The notes below the pieces were generated by a model. The model had not been told where the DNA came from and did no database searches. It worked only from the letters and a program-made list of their open reading frames with translations. A DNA stretch of 63,999 nt, counting the filler, from Circinaria calcarea (lineage: Eukaryota), in assembly GCA_051942165.1 (NCBI GenBank). It is 8 parts of 8 records of this genome, joined end to end, with 100 filler letters (N's around TTAATTAATTAA, not from the genome) between each part and the next. Parts side by side here need not be neighbours in the genome. Positions count along the whole stretch, not along the records: positions 32,261 to 40,204 come from JAVECS010001206.1; positions 40,305 to 48,248 come from JAVECS010001207.1; 6 more parts are not named here. One strand, given 5' to 3'. How positions within the stretch are numbered: the stretch's first letter is position 1; every line of letters begins with the position of its first letter. The position numbers and the translations under genes are program-made. Shown piece by piece: positions 34,946 through 47,355 of this stretch.

Positions 34946-37582
34946 ATGGCCTTTTGGCCCTTTGGCCGCAAGAAGAAGAATTCGACCAACTCGAGTTTAG
35001 GGAATCGAAGCCCGGATAGATTCAAAGGGAAAGCAGCGGAAGGGGCAAGGATCGATCCCAACCAAGCCATGGCTGAAATCAACGCATCAGGATTGGAGCG
35101 GAACCTTGGCTCGAAGGGGAGCAAGTCTGGGAAACGCAACTCCGCGAGAAAACTGTCCAAAGCTCGATCAAGAACACGCGTCTTGGAAAAAGACTCATCG
35201 GTGCCTGCTGTTCCACCGTTACCTCAAAATGTGGTGGGAGCAACTAATTGCGAGGAGTTTAACGAGAAAACAGCTGTGATCCCAGGGATGAAGCCATCAA
35301 TACACGACCTCAATCAAACACCTTCCCGAGGTGATATACCTTCGTATTACTTTCAAAATCCTCTATCAAACTCAAGCCTTCAGCCCGAAAACTTTACGTC
35401 TAAATTCCAGGCGCCAACCCTCCATTCAAATAAAAGTATTTCCGACGGCAGTCTATTAAGACGGAAGTCGAGTAAGAGAAAGGCCGACGATCAAGCTCGA
35501 GAGCAGGAAATCAGGGCTATGAGCTCTGCCATACCCATACCCATACCCAAACGCCCAATGTCTCATGCAAGTGGGCTACTTGCACGGGAAAGTAAGCGAG
35601 TTCCGGGTGGAATAAATCGTCATCGGGACAGACCAATTTCTGAGATTTCTATACCGGTTCCCGAGTCCATGCATTCGACTGTATCTAGCTCGGCTGAGGG
35701 GCACAACTTTATGATTAGTGCATTCGATGCCTTGTCTCCGCGCCCAACTATCAGGTATTCTGAGAATCCTCGCTATGCTCTTCACTCGGATGATTTAGGA
35801 ACTTCCAGGACATCAACGCGGAAGGAAAAGCACCCTCCCATAACAGAAGCGCCGTTCAACTCCAAAGAGAGGATCAATGATCTGGCTGATGATCTTGACG
35901 CTTCGACCTTGAGGGCGCTTATGGATCGGGATGAGCGGCGGCGAGAAAAGAAAAGAAAATCCGAGCAGGAAAAGTCACAGCGCAGGCTGCAAAGACGCTC
36001 CGAGAGACAAAAGAGGGAGGGGAAAGATAGTCAGCAGATGCCGTATGAAAAGGAAACCGAGGTCAACGGGTCGGGGATGGGTGATGCTTCCAAGCCGCAA
36101 CAGCACGAGAAGGACAGCCCCTTTACCATGGCTAACCAGAATGGGGCAAAATCCCCAGATTCTCCGAATTCACCACATTCTTGGTTACGGGATGCATCGA
36201 AAGAGAACTTACCGCCGGAAGACCCTTTCAACGACCCCACGGCTGAATCGCGCTTTGAAGAAGCAACACCACTTAGTGAGAAAGATGAACCAGTCCTTGA
36301 AACTGCAAAAGCTATACGGCTGTCGCAGGGCAATATGTCACCACCTACCTCGCCTAGGCGGTATCCACAAGGTCCATCAAATCTGTCGATGCTTAGCGAC
36401 TCGGCATCACGAAGCACTCCAGATATTCCGGCGCGTCGACAGCCAGATACTACGTTGAGGGAGTCTGATACAAGTGGCAATATAGCCGGCAGTTGGACTT
36501 CCTTTTTCAAACGGGGTGGAACAAGAGCCAAACGATGGTCCGCTGATCAAGGTCGGGCAAGTCCTTCGGAGTTCTCCAATACTTCCAGAGAGTCCTTTGC
36601 CAGGCAACAACTCCCTCCATCCGCTTATGCTAGGAACGTCCGCGCACGATCGGGTACACCAGTCCGCACTCAATCCAAGTTCAGAGAAGACCTCCCGGAA
36701 CTACCCATCTCACCTCCAATCTCTCGTGTACAATCACCGGAGTTACAGCGTACACCCGGGACGCCCGTCATCGATGCATTGACACCCAGCTCAACTCGGC
36801 CTTTATCAGAGATACATCCTGCTTTTCGTGAAGAGGTAGCTTTAAGTCGACATCAGTCCGTGCGGGAGCGGTCCCCCGATGGTCCTTCACCTGCCATACT
36901 TTCTCAATCTCTTGCATCCGTTGATTCTGAGGGTTCATGGCTGTCCGGTCGACCACCCAAGCGATCTTCCCAGCAGGCTAATCTTTTGCGCGAGAGCGCA
37001 GGTTCGCTACGCCAGCGGCTCCGAGAACTGGGTAATTCGGAAGAAAACCTTGACAATGCAGACGACGGATATTTTACCCGTTTGACCCCGGGTACGGAAA
37101 GTGGCCTTTCATCCCGTCAACCGAGCTATTCCAAACGCAAGGTGAATAGAGTTGAAGATGTCGATCCCAACCTCGTGTCGCGGTCGTCGCTCGCAATCCA
37201 CACCGAAGGAGCTACGCTGCATGGTGATGTTGCACGTTATCCTACAATTATTCGCCGAAGCCCTCGCATCAAATCGAGGGAGGGATTACTTGATGACTTT
37301 CAGGCTGGCGAGGAGTCTCCCGGCTCGGCGTATTCCGGTGATTCGCCTACGGGAGATACCCTACATGATCAAGGACCAGAATCCGAGAGATCATCGGTTC
37401 ATGAAGCAACGAGCGTTGATCTCGCCAGCAAAGGGCGTGTGAAGCGTATGAGTGCTGGTAGTGCCAAACTTCTCGATCTCCCTCCGCGCTCATCCACCGA
37501 ACTCAAGCGACTAAGCTCCAACTCGGCCGAGAAAAGTCCCCTTGGTGCGCACTTTCCAACGGAAGGATCGGAGCTGCCTTGA
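34946..37582 (+). CDS. Conserved Pezizomycotina Ser/Pro/Arg-rich, largely disordered protein of unknown function
   Basis: Single ORF of about 878 aa starting MAFWPFGRKKK, with conserved-looking islands (DALSPRPTIRY, IxDLADDLDA..LR.LM.RD.RRRE, QSLASVDSEGSWLSG). Confidence 0.85.
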   Translation: MAFWPFGRKKKNSTNSSLGNRSPDRFKGKAAEGARIDPNQAMAEINASGLERNLGSKGSKSGKRNSARKLSKARSRTRVLEKDSSVPAVPPLPQNVVGATNCEEFNEKTAVIPGMKPSIHDLNQTPSRGDIPSYYFQNPLSNSSLQPENFTSKFQAPTLHSNKSISDGSLLRRKSSKRKADDQAREQEIRAMSSAIPIPIPKRPMSHASGLLARESKRVPGGINRHRDRPISEISIPVPESMHSTVSSSAEGHNFMISAFDALSPRPTIRYSENPRYALHSDDLGTSRTSTRKEKHPPITEAPFNSKERINDLADDLDASTLRALMDRDERRREKKRKSEQEKSQRRLQRRSERQKREGKDSQQMPYEKETEVNGSGMGDASKPQQHEKDSPFTMANQNGAKSPDSPNSPHSWLRDASKENLPPEDPFNDPTAESRFEEATPLSEKDEPVLETAKAIRLSQGNMSPPTSPRRYPQGPSNLSMLSDSASRSTPDIPARRQPDTTLRESDTSGNIAGSWTSFFKRGGTRAKRWSADQGRASPSEFSNTSRESFARQQLPPSAYARNVRARSGTPVRTQSKFREDLPELPISPPISRVQSPELQRTPGTPVIDALTPSSTRPLSEIHPAFREEVALSRHQSVRERSPDGPSPAILSQSLASVDSEGSWLSGRPPKRSSQQANLLRESAGSLRQRLRELGNSEENLDNADDGYFTRLTPGTESGLSSRQPSYSKRKVNRVEDVDPNLVSRSSLAIHTEGATLHGDVARYPTIIRRSPRIKSREGLLDDFQAGEESPGSAYSGDSPTGDTLHDQGPESERSSVHEATSVDLASKGRVKRMSAGSAKLLDLPPRSSTELKRLSSNSAEKSPLGAHFPTEGSELP

Positions 37583-38845
37583 TCCTCTACTGGCTTATGG
37601 AGTCCGGTTACATTTTACATCCCGGTCCAGCTGGAACCGGGTTCTGACTTCTCCCATGACAGAAGATACATGAACGTAATCACACTCTCTATACCCATTT
37701 ACGCATCCTACAGAAACCTTGCTGTTGTTTGGTGTGCACCATGTAGCGGAAACCACTGATTCGACGGTAGGGATCGGGTGAGGTTTCCTGGGACGCGATG
37801 AGTTTTACATGATGGGCCAGTATTCTTCTTCTACTCAAGCGCAATAGAGCAAACGAACTGCATCCACTGCATCGAAACGGCGCCGACTTACTGGCTCAGT
37901 CTTGCTTGGTGCATACTTGCACTTGCTCGTTTTGGGAGAGTATCCTTATGGCAGGAGTGTCGGCCGTCTCTTCAGGCGTGCATGTCATGATTCTGTACTT
38001 GTAACCGTAGCAAAGACCAGGCCGTTGCTTGCAATGTCTCGATACAAACGCTGCATGATTGTTGAGCATGATACCCTCTTTTAGATGCATTTGCATTTAG
38101 TTGTGATGTTTCACGTACTGCCGTGACCGGTGATCAGACAGAGACGGCAAGTCAATTCCACCAAGCATTGCTTGCATCTGGCTACAAATGGCCGTGTCAT
38201 TTGGGGGTCTCATCTCAAGGTTCCACTGTAATTATGTGACCCTTTTAACCGTCATCCCCATTCTCGATCTTGATAGAACTGCATGATGTGATTCGATACG
38301 CAAATGATGCCGCCCACCCCCACCATCTAGATTGCGTGCGGAACATCCCGCACAAGATAACTTTTTGTAGATTTGACAGGCATTTGGAAAAGACCATTCG
38401 ATTTGTTAATCTGATGAGCCTCCTCTATACCTCTTGCTCACCAAAGGACTCCAGGCTGACTGATCACGCAATAGCCGAGGTCCTCGAGAATCAGCCTTAT
38501 GAAGCTCTGTGATTCCAAATCCCGTTAGCCTCGCACCCGTTCGACGGACGCACTCGATTCTCCCGCATCTGCCCTGCGTCATCGATGGCCCCATTCCCCA
38601 TTCCCACCCTTTGGTCTTTGTAACACCAACCAGCAATTCGATTAATCATTCACCAGCACATTCCATCATCCCCCTCCCATCCATCCAACCCTATAAAATA
38701 AACCTCCCGCCACTCCATCATTCTGGCTTCCGCACTCACCTTCAAAAACACCTTATTCACGACTGCACGATTCACCCGATCCCCATTCGCAGCTCCCATC
38801 ATCTCCCATACCCAACTTCGATTCTTTCAAAACACAGCAGCCAAG

Positions 38846-39472
38846 ATGGCGACAAAAGCCGGTGTACACAACCTAACCAAGTACGTTGACTCGGCCCTTT
38901 CGTGTATTTACATTTCACTATGATTACATTCACGTCTTCTACTGCTCTATTGGTAGGAGGACTACAGGGCACCGCCAGACGCTTTTTACCCTATTCTATT
39001 CCCACCAGTACCTCCATATGATCAAGAGGTCGAAAGATTAAGCATCGCTAACATTCCTCTCTTTGAATAGCATGGATGAATTCCAAGCAGCCAAGTCAGA
39101 AGGTAAACTCATGGTCATCGACTGCTACGCAACATGGTGCGGTCCCTGCAAAGCCATTGCACCAAAAGTTGTCGCGTAAGTCTCCTCGTCCACCCATCTC
39201 ACTTCACTCTCGGCCAAAGCCTTCCTTGTAGTTCTCTCCTTGGAGATAATACTAACCTTATTTTTCCCAGTTTCTCCGACAAATATCCCGATGTTCGCTT
39301 CTTCAAAGTCGACGTCGACGAAGTCCCCGACGTAGCCCAGGAACTCGGCATCCGCGCCATGCCAACCTTTGTCCTCTTTAAAAATGGCGAGGAAGTCGCC
39401 AAAGTCGTGGGGGCAAACCCTCAACAGTTGGAAGAGGCTATTGTAAAGGGGGTAAAACCACAAGAGGAATAG
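38846..39472 (+). CDS. Thioredoxin, 3 exons
   Basis: [12 protein letters not shown]^[31 protein letters not shown]...[29 protein letters not shown] active site. Confidence 0.96.
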
Positions 39473-40204
39473 TAGGGTACATGGAAAGGGGCGTTATGTG
39501 TGGGTGGAGGAAGAGATTGAGATGGGAAGGGGTGAGGGATTGGACATCTCTTTACCCATCTTGGCGGAGATGTAACCAAGATCAAATTAATTACCTGACC
39601 ACTGAGCCTTTTTTCTTTTCCAGTCAGACAAATGAAGCTTGCTTCAGAGCTTTATCCACCTATGCCAAATCCCCATGATCCATCCCACAGTAAAACAAAA
39701 CTACTTTTCTCCCGCTTCTCTCCCTCTCAAGTACATGTCATTTCGCCCTGGCTCTCTCGTTCCTGATTTCCAATACTCCCGCTATCTCTCTACGGTATCC
39801 CTCCCCTCCCATACCGCCTCATAGATCAAGGACTCCCCGTCTTCTCCAGATCTTTTCTTCTCACCTCACCTCACCACACCTCACCTCATCCCCGTCCCTT
39901 CCCCTCTTTTCATTCCCCTCCATTTCCTCTCTCCTTTCCCTTTCCCTTTCCCCCCTGCACTGTGGACTGTGGACTTGTGGACGGTGGACTGTGGACTGGA
40001 CGTGGGCTTACTAGCAAAATTACCAGCTCTCCCTCTCCCGAAAAACCGGACAAGCGAGACAAGCCCCTTCCTTTGCTGCACCCCCTGTTGTGACGTGTCG
40101 TTTTTTGGAGTTTCTAACCCGGGAGGGACCTCGAGATTCGCTTTTTCTTTGTTTCTTTGAGCTTTGAAATAAGAGAGAAAGAAGGGGAAGGGGGGGGGGG
40201 GGGG

Positions 40205-40304
40205 NNNNNNNNNNNNNNNNNNNNNNNNNNNNNNNNNNNNNNNNNNNNTTAATTAATTAANNNNNNNNNNNNNNNNNNNNNNNNNNNNNNNNNNNNNNNN
40301 NNNN
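40205..40304. other. Artificial contig-joining linker
   Basis: Same 100-nt spacer. Confidence 0.98.
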
Positions 40305-41497
40305 ATGTGGGGCCGTTGGTCAAGTATTCGAGTACGGGGCTGCTGGCGGCGTATGCGCCAAGTGTGTCGGATTTTGCAAGGAGGAGGGGGTGGCGACGAA
40401 GTGGTTTTGGGTGTGGTGAGATTATGGGTGGTTAACTGGGGAAACGGGGGCGGTAGTATATAGGATGGTTGGTGCGCCTCTGGCGTAGAATCTGGCACAT
40501 CAACGGCTGGCTGTATATCCGGGAATCCGCGGTTCGACGCAACATATCTCAATGTCCACAGACTCACCCTCATTTCATATAGAAATTCGCTCCGTCTAGG
40601 CTGTGGAAATGGCTAGTCCCTCACTGCCGTTAATTGGTGCATGAGATTATCTCATCGAACTACGATTTTGTTGCTTTCGATAGCACGTAGCGTAATGCAA
40701 AGGAAAACAGGTGTTGCCCTCATCGCCTATCATTCAGGCGAGAGCTTCCCGAGTACCAAGATCGTGAAATCCCGACATGAACAGGTCTATGGATTTGAGG
40801 ATCTGGAGTAAGTTGTTCTGTCTCGGAGACAATTAAAGTTCCGTCAAATCCACCTGGGAATGATGGATCATGTGACGGACGACGCATGACCTCGCATGAC
40901 CTCGCATTCGAAAACGTCTTTTTTATTCGCTACACCTTCGTAAAGAAAGTAGCGAGTACCTTTCACCTTGCATCACATTTTTCATGCCAATGCTGTCGCT
41001 GCGTCCGTTTGAGCTATTATGAGAAGAGCTCTTAACATGGTGATTAGGAGATATCCCCCTAGGATAACCATAGCTTTGAGGAACCCGTAATTTGTTAGCG
41101 GAGTATATAGAAATCATCTTCTTGATATTTGCATGGTGACAAAGCCAGAGAATCGCATGAGTGGGCAAGTGTTTGTAACAAAACTATCAAGAGCTTTTTC
41201 CGAGTCAAGTCTGGAGATGTCAAGGGATACGTCTACCAGCCAAAAAAAGGCAGCCTGCAGTTGTTGCAATTAAAAGACTATAATAGTAACACATTAGGAA
41301 AGAATGTTGACGGAACCAGCCATCGTAACGCTATTGAGACCTGCACGAGTACACCATAGATGGTATAGTACCTGTTTAACGCCCCGCTAAAACCGAATAG
41401 TCCTTCTAATCGTGTCCCGTATTCTTGCTTGATAAAGACTCTGTTAGTACACCTGGCCGTTGCGAGAGGCTTGGCGTTCCAGTAGAGCGGCGGCATC

Positions 41498-42222
41498 TCA
41501 GTACTGGATCTGAATCACGCCGAAGATGGTCTGTAAAGGCGGATCCTCGTTCAGCCAGTGTCCTGCTTGCCAATCTTTGACGCGGAGCTCGTTTATTATT
41601 TGCTCGTCCGTAATGTTCGAAAGTTCCTTGAGTACAGATTATCAATGGACATACGAGTGAATGGTCAAATGCATCACTCACTACCCTCAAGTCATTCTCC
41701 GCTTGCTGCAATGCCAGCATGTGACCCGCATGAGGTTTCTGGCCTTGGAGGATCGCATTCCGGCAATTAACCCATCGCATAGCTGCGACGGCTCGTAAGT
41801 AGATTTTCTGCGCGTGAAATCGCCGTGCACTGGCATCAACTAGTATGCTGGTTTGTTTCAGCGACGTTCATAAGTGGAAGTCTCCAGACACTGGGTTTAT
41901 TACCGTTGAAGCTGACGCTTGGTTTGTTCTCCTGGGCTACTAGGAACATGTAAAGAACCGGTATCAAAATGCTGCGACAGAAGGGCTTGTGCTTGGTGTG
42001 TACACTGGCGAAGGATCGCATAGCCGGTTTCGTAGTAACTTTCCGGGTCTGAACAGGCTTGAAACTGAGAGATCAAGTGTTGCAATGTCCGAAAATCGTT
42101 CATCACTTCCGCAACCCGCATCGCTCGAGCATCATTCACTGCAGCACAAGTTAGCAAATTCGCACGTTCGCATGGCCCTTCAATGGTCTTTGATTCGGAG
42201 ATGTCCTACATCCGTCAGCCAT
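41498..42222 (-). CDS. Conserved fungal helical protein of unknown function, 4 exons
   Basis: Spliced product MADGL^NDARAMRVAEVMNDFRTLQH...GYAILRQC...QLQR^ILVDASARRF.AQKIYLR...^ELSNITDE...GHWLNEDPPLQTI, with GT-AG introns. Confidence 0.8.
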
Positions 42223-43116
42223 TAACTTAATACCCGTGTATAATTCAACAACACTCTTGACTAAAAGACACTGAGGCTTGGGAGTATCGCTATGAGGCAG
42301 TTCCCGACAGCCTATATAACGTCCCCAGATAGCCAGAATAAGGAGTCACATCTTCAATGCAGTGGTCCATAATCCATTAGAATTATGGTGGCTGGCTGAT
42401 ATACCATGGTTCAACACCGGCGAGTATTGAGCAACACTGCAATAAGTTAGGAGCCATCATGGTGATGGTGTCGCATAGGTGTGAGCAGAAATGTATGGAT
42501 GAACATCCAAGCTGGAAGCTGATCGGTGATACGAATGGACAACGATAGTGATGAAATTGAAGATTTGAAAAGAGAAGGAGAGGCTCGTGGTTGGTCAATT
42601 AGGGTTCGAACCTCAGCCGCAATTTGAAACGCCGGGATATTGCCGAGTCCTCAAACGGACAAGCGCCTGCATGGCAAATCGACGGGCAAATCGACGGGGA
42701 TAAAGCCGATCGCCGAAAGCACGAGGTCTAACCCATGACAGGCGGTCCATTCCAGCTGGAAACGTCAAGACGGGAACGAGTAAGCGAAACCCTTGCGGCC
42801 TGTGCTAAAGTTAGGTTGGAAGCTCGGGCGCAACGATTGCCATTTCCATGTCACAGTTAAGATGATGAAGCAAGCCACTTGGAGGCCATCAAGGCCGGGC
42901 AGCCAATCGGACGGTAAGCAGTAAGCAAGATCTTACCAAATCTGCATGCTCGTCAATCTATCACTACGGAGTAGCCAGTACATGCAAAAGGTGTCAGGTA
43001 GTCTATGCAGCGTCAGCGGCCCCATTTGGCAGCAATCGGAGGGAAAACGTGGGCCCCCTGCACAGCGCAACACGGTATCGACTTGACCTACCACAGTCTC
43101 TGCCAAAAGCCACAGT

Positions 43117-44168
43117 TTAGTCCTTCTCGCTGATGGCCTGTAATCTCTCCTCTATCTCATCCTCGCTCAGCGCTCGGAACGCTGTATCCGTCTCTCCCTT
43201 TCCTCCTACTCTAGGACCCCCAACGATGCCAACCTCTAATTCGCCCTTCTTGAAATCCACACTGAGAACGGTGCTTAAGGTAGAGATTCCTAATTCGACC
43301 ACATCCTCCCAACTTCCCTCCGCACAGTCCTTGTTCTTCAGCTTCTTTTCAAGATGATTTAGGGCCTCCTGTTGCTTTGGACCCGACGCAGTGGCTTTGT
43401 AACCGACATAATATCCTGCAGGGTCGCATTTGTAAAGCTGCGGACCATACTCCGAGTCGACTGATATCAAAGTGGTGGCGACACCCAAGGGCCGCATGTA
43501 GGCCTTGCTTCTATTAGCGGCGCATTATTGCACACTGTATCAGGATCGCGACTCACCCTTTGGGTGTACACCTGGCTGATGTTCGCCAAACGCTTTGCCA
43601 ATACGTCACAAGGCATCTCATAACCATTTTTGTATCTGAACTCAGCAGCTTCACCACGGGCTCTATCAACTGCCGATCGGGCATCTGCTATTGAACCGGT
43701 CATCACGCAGCCAACGGAGGGTGACAGTTTGAAGACGTGGGAGACGGAGGAGGGGTCGATCAGCTTGTCCTATGACACTCAGATGTATTAGAGTTGTGCC
43801 TGTACCAATCGGGTGTATGACTACTCACAGGTACTTTCTTCTGTGATAATACAACCGCACAATTCTTTCCTCTTACTCCAACTGACATTATGTTCGCCGC
43901 CGTGATGGCCTTGAACGCATATTCTGGTCGCATGTAGGAGTAAGTCCAAAGTACTTCATGATAGTACACCTGGCGGATCCAAGCAGACAGGCACAGCTTG
44001 ATTCTATAGGGGTGTGGGAAATGATCGGGGGACGCACCAACTTGATAAAGTCTCCCCTGGTCGGAGAAGATGGTGATATGCCGGTCAAAACCTGCGCTGC
44101 CTAAATGTTGGATACCGTTCAGCTGTCGGACATTCGCAAACCAAGCAGTAGAGCCACTGACCGGACAT
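43117..44168 (-). CDS. SCL1: 20S proteasome subunit alpha-1 (PSMA6/SCL1), multi-exon
   Basis: [17 protein letters not shown]^EYAFKAI, SQKKVP^[52 protein letters not shown]. Confidence 0.96.
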
Positions 44169-44470
44169 TGTTATGGTTGAGGCAGAATTTCAGAAGCTAT
44201 TATCAGCCAATAGAACAGCGGAAGAAGCTTCTTTCACTTATGTAGAGCGTCCGACTACTCTTTTCGAAATGCGGCTTTCACTTCCTGTAGCTGAATCTAT
44301 GTACTCCGTACGTATCTCTCCACGCGTAGGCGTTTAGTTGCCTGAGAAGCTTGGACATCATCGACCAATCAAGCATTGCGCCGACATGCCGAGGGTCTGC
44401 AAGGCTGATTGATTGTTTCTTACCGCAAGAATACGGGACTTCACCAGCTATGTTGCAGACTTCCTAACAT

Positions 44471-46558
44471 ATGTCCCTGGGAAGTCGCGTTTATTCTAGT
44501 AGAACACTGGCTGCCAGTCAAGCTGCTGTGATCCTTAGGGAGCCACTCCTTTTTCTGTATCCACATTACTTTCCATTCTCCACATTTCGAGGCTCCCATA
44601 CAGCCGTAGCAGAAGATCCCCAACAACACAGTCCTGCTTCAGCATTCGAAAGTCTCCACAGCGCTTCTCAACATGCTCGAGTTATACGCGAGAATGACAC
44701 TTCACTCAAGTCCACCGGATGGACAGCACATGGAAAACGACCTTCATACAAGAAGCCCAAGCCATTACCCCCGTTATCTAACAAACCCCATGAGAAAAGG
44801 ACGTCGATTGGGGAACCTAGCATGTCGAAGGAGCAACCATCTAAGATTCGGGCAGTCGATGTTGATCTGTCATCGGAAAAAGACCTTGAAACCCCCAGAA
44901 CTGCACATCTACAGAAGAGATTTAAGATGCCGTCCACGAAGGTCCGACGATCAAAGGTCCGTGCCCAAAGGGCAATGAAGCATGAAGAAGATAAGGCTGC
45001 AGCAAATAGCAAGCTCAAGGATAAAGGGATCTGGTCATATGATTGGAGAATCCCGCTCCAGGCGCTCGAGAAGTGTTCTCAGTGCCTAGGCAGTGGTGCT
45101 GAGGTTCCCGCTGCATCTCTTCCTTCGATTAGGCGTTTCATCCTTGGCGAAAAGCCCCAGTATCGTCAGGTGCAAGTGAAGGACATACCACGCCCGCAAG
45201 TATGGTCGGCGTCTACTTTCACCGCCTATGTTGAACATCTCACTCAATCCGCAACCAGCCGACACATGAATCGATATCTGTACGCTGAAGGACAGTCTCA
45301 CGTTACAATCGTAGAGAGTACCCTGAAGATGCTTTTCACCCATTCATCACTGAGGGGCCACCTAACAATTAGGTCGTTCAACGAGGCTCTTGTTTTCTTT
45401 TATAAGCATAACATGATTTCCAGCGTCCGCATGTTCTTCACACTGATGGAAAAGCTGCACATGGATACTTCCGCAGAAACCTTTAACATCATGTTACGGG
45501 GCGCTTCATCCAGGAAAGACCTGCATAATTTCACTTTTCTATTGCGTACCATGATTACGAAAGGGATTAGGCCGACTGCAGACACTTGGATTGCTTTGAT
45601 CGTGGCCGTCCATTCGAAGGCTGCAAAATTATGCATTGTTCGCAGTATGCGAGAAAGAGGATTTATGGACCGCCGAAGGATCGTCAAGAGTGTATTGAGC
45701 CACCTCCTACCTCCAGAGATTGTAAGCTATGTAGAAAGTGGACGGAATATTCCGACCCTTTTCCAAGATCTTGATCGAAAATATGAGCCGGGTTGGCTCT
45801 CGGTATCGGCAGGAAATCAAATGTGCCAGAAGCTAGGCGAGAATGGCTTGATGCCTGAAGCTCTTGAGGTCCTTGATCTCATGGTTGATCGAGGTTGTTT
45901 ACCTGACAAAGTCACACTAATGATCTTTCTTGGTCATTGCAGGAGACAGAGAGATATGGGAGGGGCAAAACAGATCCTTGACTGGTTCCATAGCATGTAC
46001 GGCTTGAATCTCAAGGAAGATGTACTCGACATCCTTTTCACATTGGCGTGGAGATCCTGCTACTACAATTGTTGCAGGGTCATTTGGCGGGTAGCATGTG
46101 TCCATGGAGCTGTCAGCTATAGAATGCAGCAACTCGTGATGAGAAGCCTTATTCGCAACACTCCAGAGCAGCCTCAAACACGTGCACAGCATTGGATGAA
46201 GTCCATCGGGAAGGTAGTTATCGGCATTAACCTACGCACTACTCATGATGCAGATGATCTTGGAATGGGTCTTGAGATAATGAAGAAATTGGTGGATAGG
46301 GTAGAGTCAGGAATTCAACGGGCGGCGTCATTGCGGCTGGCAAAGCTCATGTTGGTTCAAGACCTTGAAGCTGCTAAGCAGTTTGATCTGAACGGAGTAT
46401 TCACAGGACTTCTCGACAAAGCCTTGGACCTTGACAGGAAGTGGGGACTTGGTAATATCCATTCAGCCAAGTCCACTCTGTGGAAAGTCCAGAATGCCAT
46501 AAAGGTGGATGTCATCAGGAAGGGAAAGAATCCATTGCAATCCAGAGGCGAAAGTTAG
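44471..46558 (+). CDS. Pentatricopeptide-repeat protein, probably mitochondrial
   Basis: PPR-like motifs TFNIMLRGASSRKDLHNFTFLLRTMITKGIRPTADTWIALI and MVDRGCLPDKVTLMIFL; basic, Ser-rich N-terminus. Confidence 0.8.
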   Translation: MSLGSRVYSSRTLAASQAAVILREPLLFLYPHYFPFSTFRGSHTAVAEDPQQHSPASAFESLHSASQHARVIRENDTSLKSTGWTAHGKRPSYKKPKPLPPLSNKPHEKRTSIGEPSMSKEQPSKIRAVDVDLSSEKDLETPRTAHLQKRFKMPSTKVRRSKVRAQRAMKHEEDKAAANSKLKDKGIWSYDWRIPLQALEKCSQCLGSGAEVPAASLPSIRRFILGEKPQYRQVQVKDIPRPQVWSASTFTAYVEHLTQSATSRHMNRYLYAEGQSHVTIVESTLKMLFTHSSLRGHLTIRSFNEALVFFYKHNMISSVRMFFTLMEKLHMDTSAETFNIMLRGASSRKDLHNFTFLLRTMITKGIRPTADTWIALIVAVHSKAAKLCIVRSMRERGFMDRRRIVKSVLSHLLPPEIVSYVESGRNIPTLFQDLDRKYEPGWLSVSAGNQMCQKLGENGLMPEALEVLDLMVDRGCLPDKVTLMIFLGHCRRQRDMGGAKQILDWFHSMYGLNLKEDVLDILFTLAWRSCYYNCCRVIWRVACVHGAVSYRMQQLVMRSLIRNTPEQPQTRAQHWMKSIGKVVIGINLRTTHDADDLGMGLEIMKKLVDRVESGIQRAASLRLAKLMLVQDLEAAKQFDLNGVFTGLLDKALDLDRKWGLGNIHSAKSTLWKVQNAIKVDVIRKGKNPLQSRGES

Positions 46559-47355
46559 CTACCAACCATAGCAACAGCTCTGACGCTTTACGCTGGACTG
46601 GAGTCACTGAACTAATAGTGCCTACGCCTCAAATTTCCATATCCTACCTTCTTGCTAGCTTGTCCGTTAACCGTTTGTAAGGATATCTCTCTATTTATTA
46701 AAATACCAGATAATCCACACTGTTCTTCAGTTAATACAAGACTTGTACTGGTTATGATTGGAACTGAAGGTTCTTGAAGCTGTATATCACTGTGTAGAGA
46801 CCATTTGTGTGTAATGATTACTGTGGAACATTGGACACTGATACCGTGCTGTACATATCTCATACAAATAGCTAGCGCATATGTGCTACTTATCTACACC
46901 AGATTTAATCCATATTTGCAGAGGTGGCTCTGTTATGTGTCATTCATTGGGTTTGGTTTTCCCAAATGCTTATACATTTACCCGCACCTTGAACAGACAG
47001 ACTTAAGCGAAAATGCCAATAAACAAACACGAGAGCTAGACCCAACGCGACACGTCCGGTATATGATTTCGCTCACCTAATAACAACGTTCACCAAACCA
47101 ATCAATCAACACAGAGCTAAGCCCTACGCAACGCGTTTGACTCACCACCCAGCCTATAAATTCGCCACCCATCCACTTTTTGGAAATTCGCCACCTCCTT
47201 TCCAATTTTCGCCAGCATTTGATCATGTCGACCATAAACACCCCAGAGACACACGGTACCAAACGTGCAGCCGACGAAGAGCTCCCTATGCGTGGCGCCA
47301 AGCGAGTGGATATAGAGTTCTCTGCCCCCGGGGCTACGGCCCTTGCCGGTGAGTG

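Noticed and set aside
40305..40573. Minus-strand 106-aa ORF running into the gap
   Set aside because: Contains a TATA-like element and pyrimidine/CA-rich leader-type sequence; more likely the promoter or UTR of a gene beyond the contig end.
42595..42625. GGTTCGAACC B-box/T-loop-like motif suggesting a tRNA
   Set aside because: No 5-bp T stem, acceptor stem, or D/anticodon arms could be built around it.
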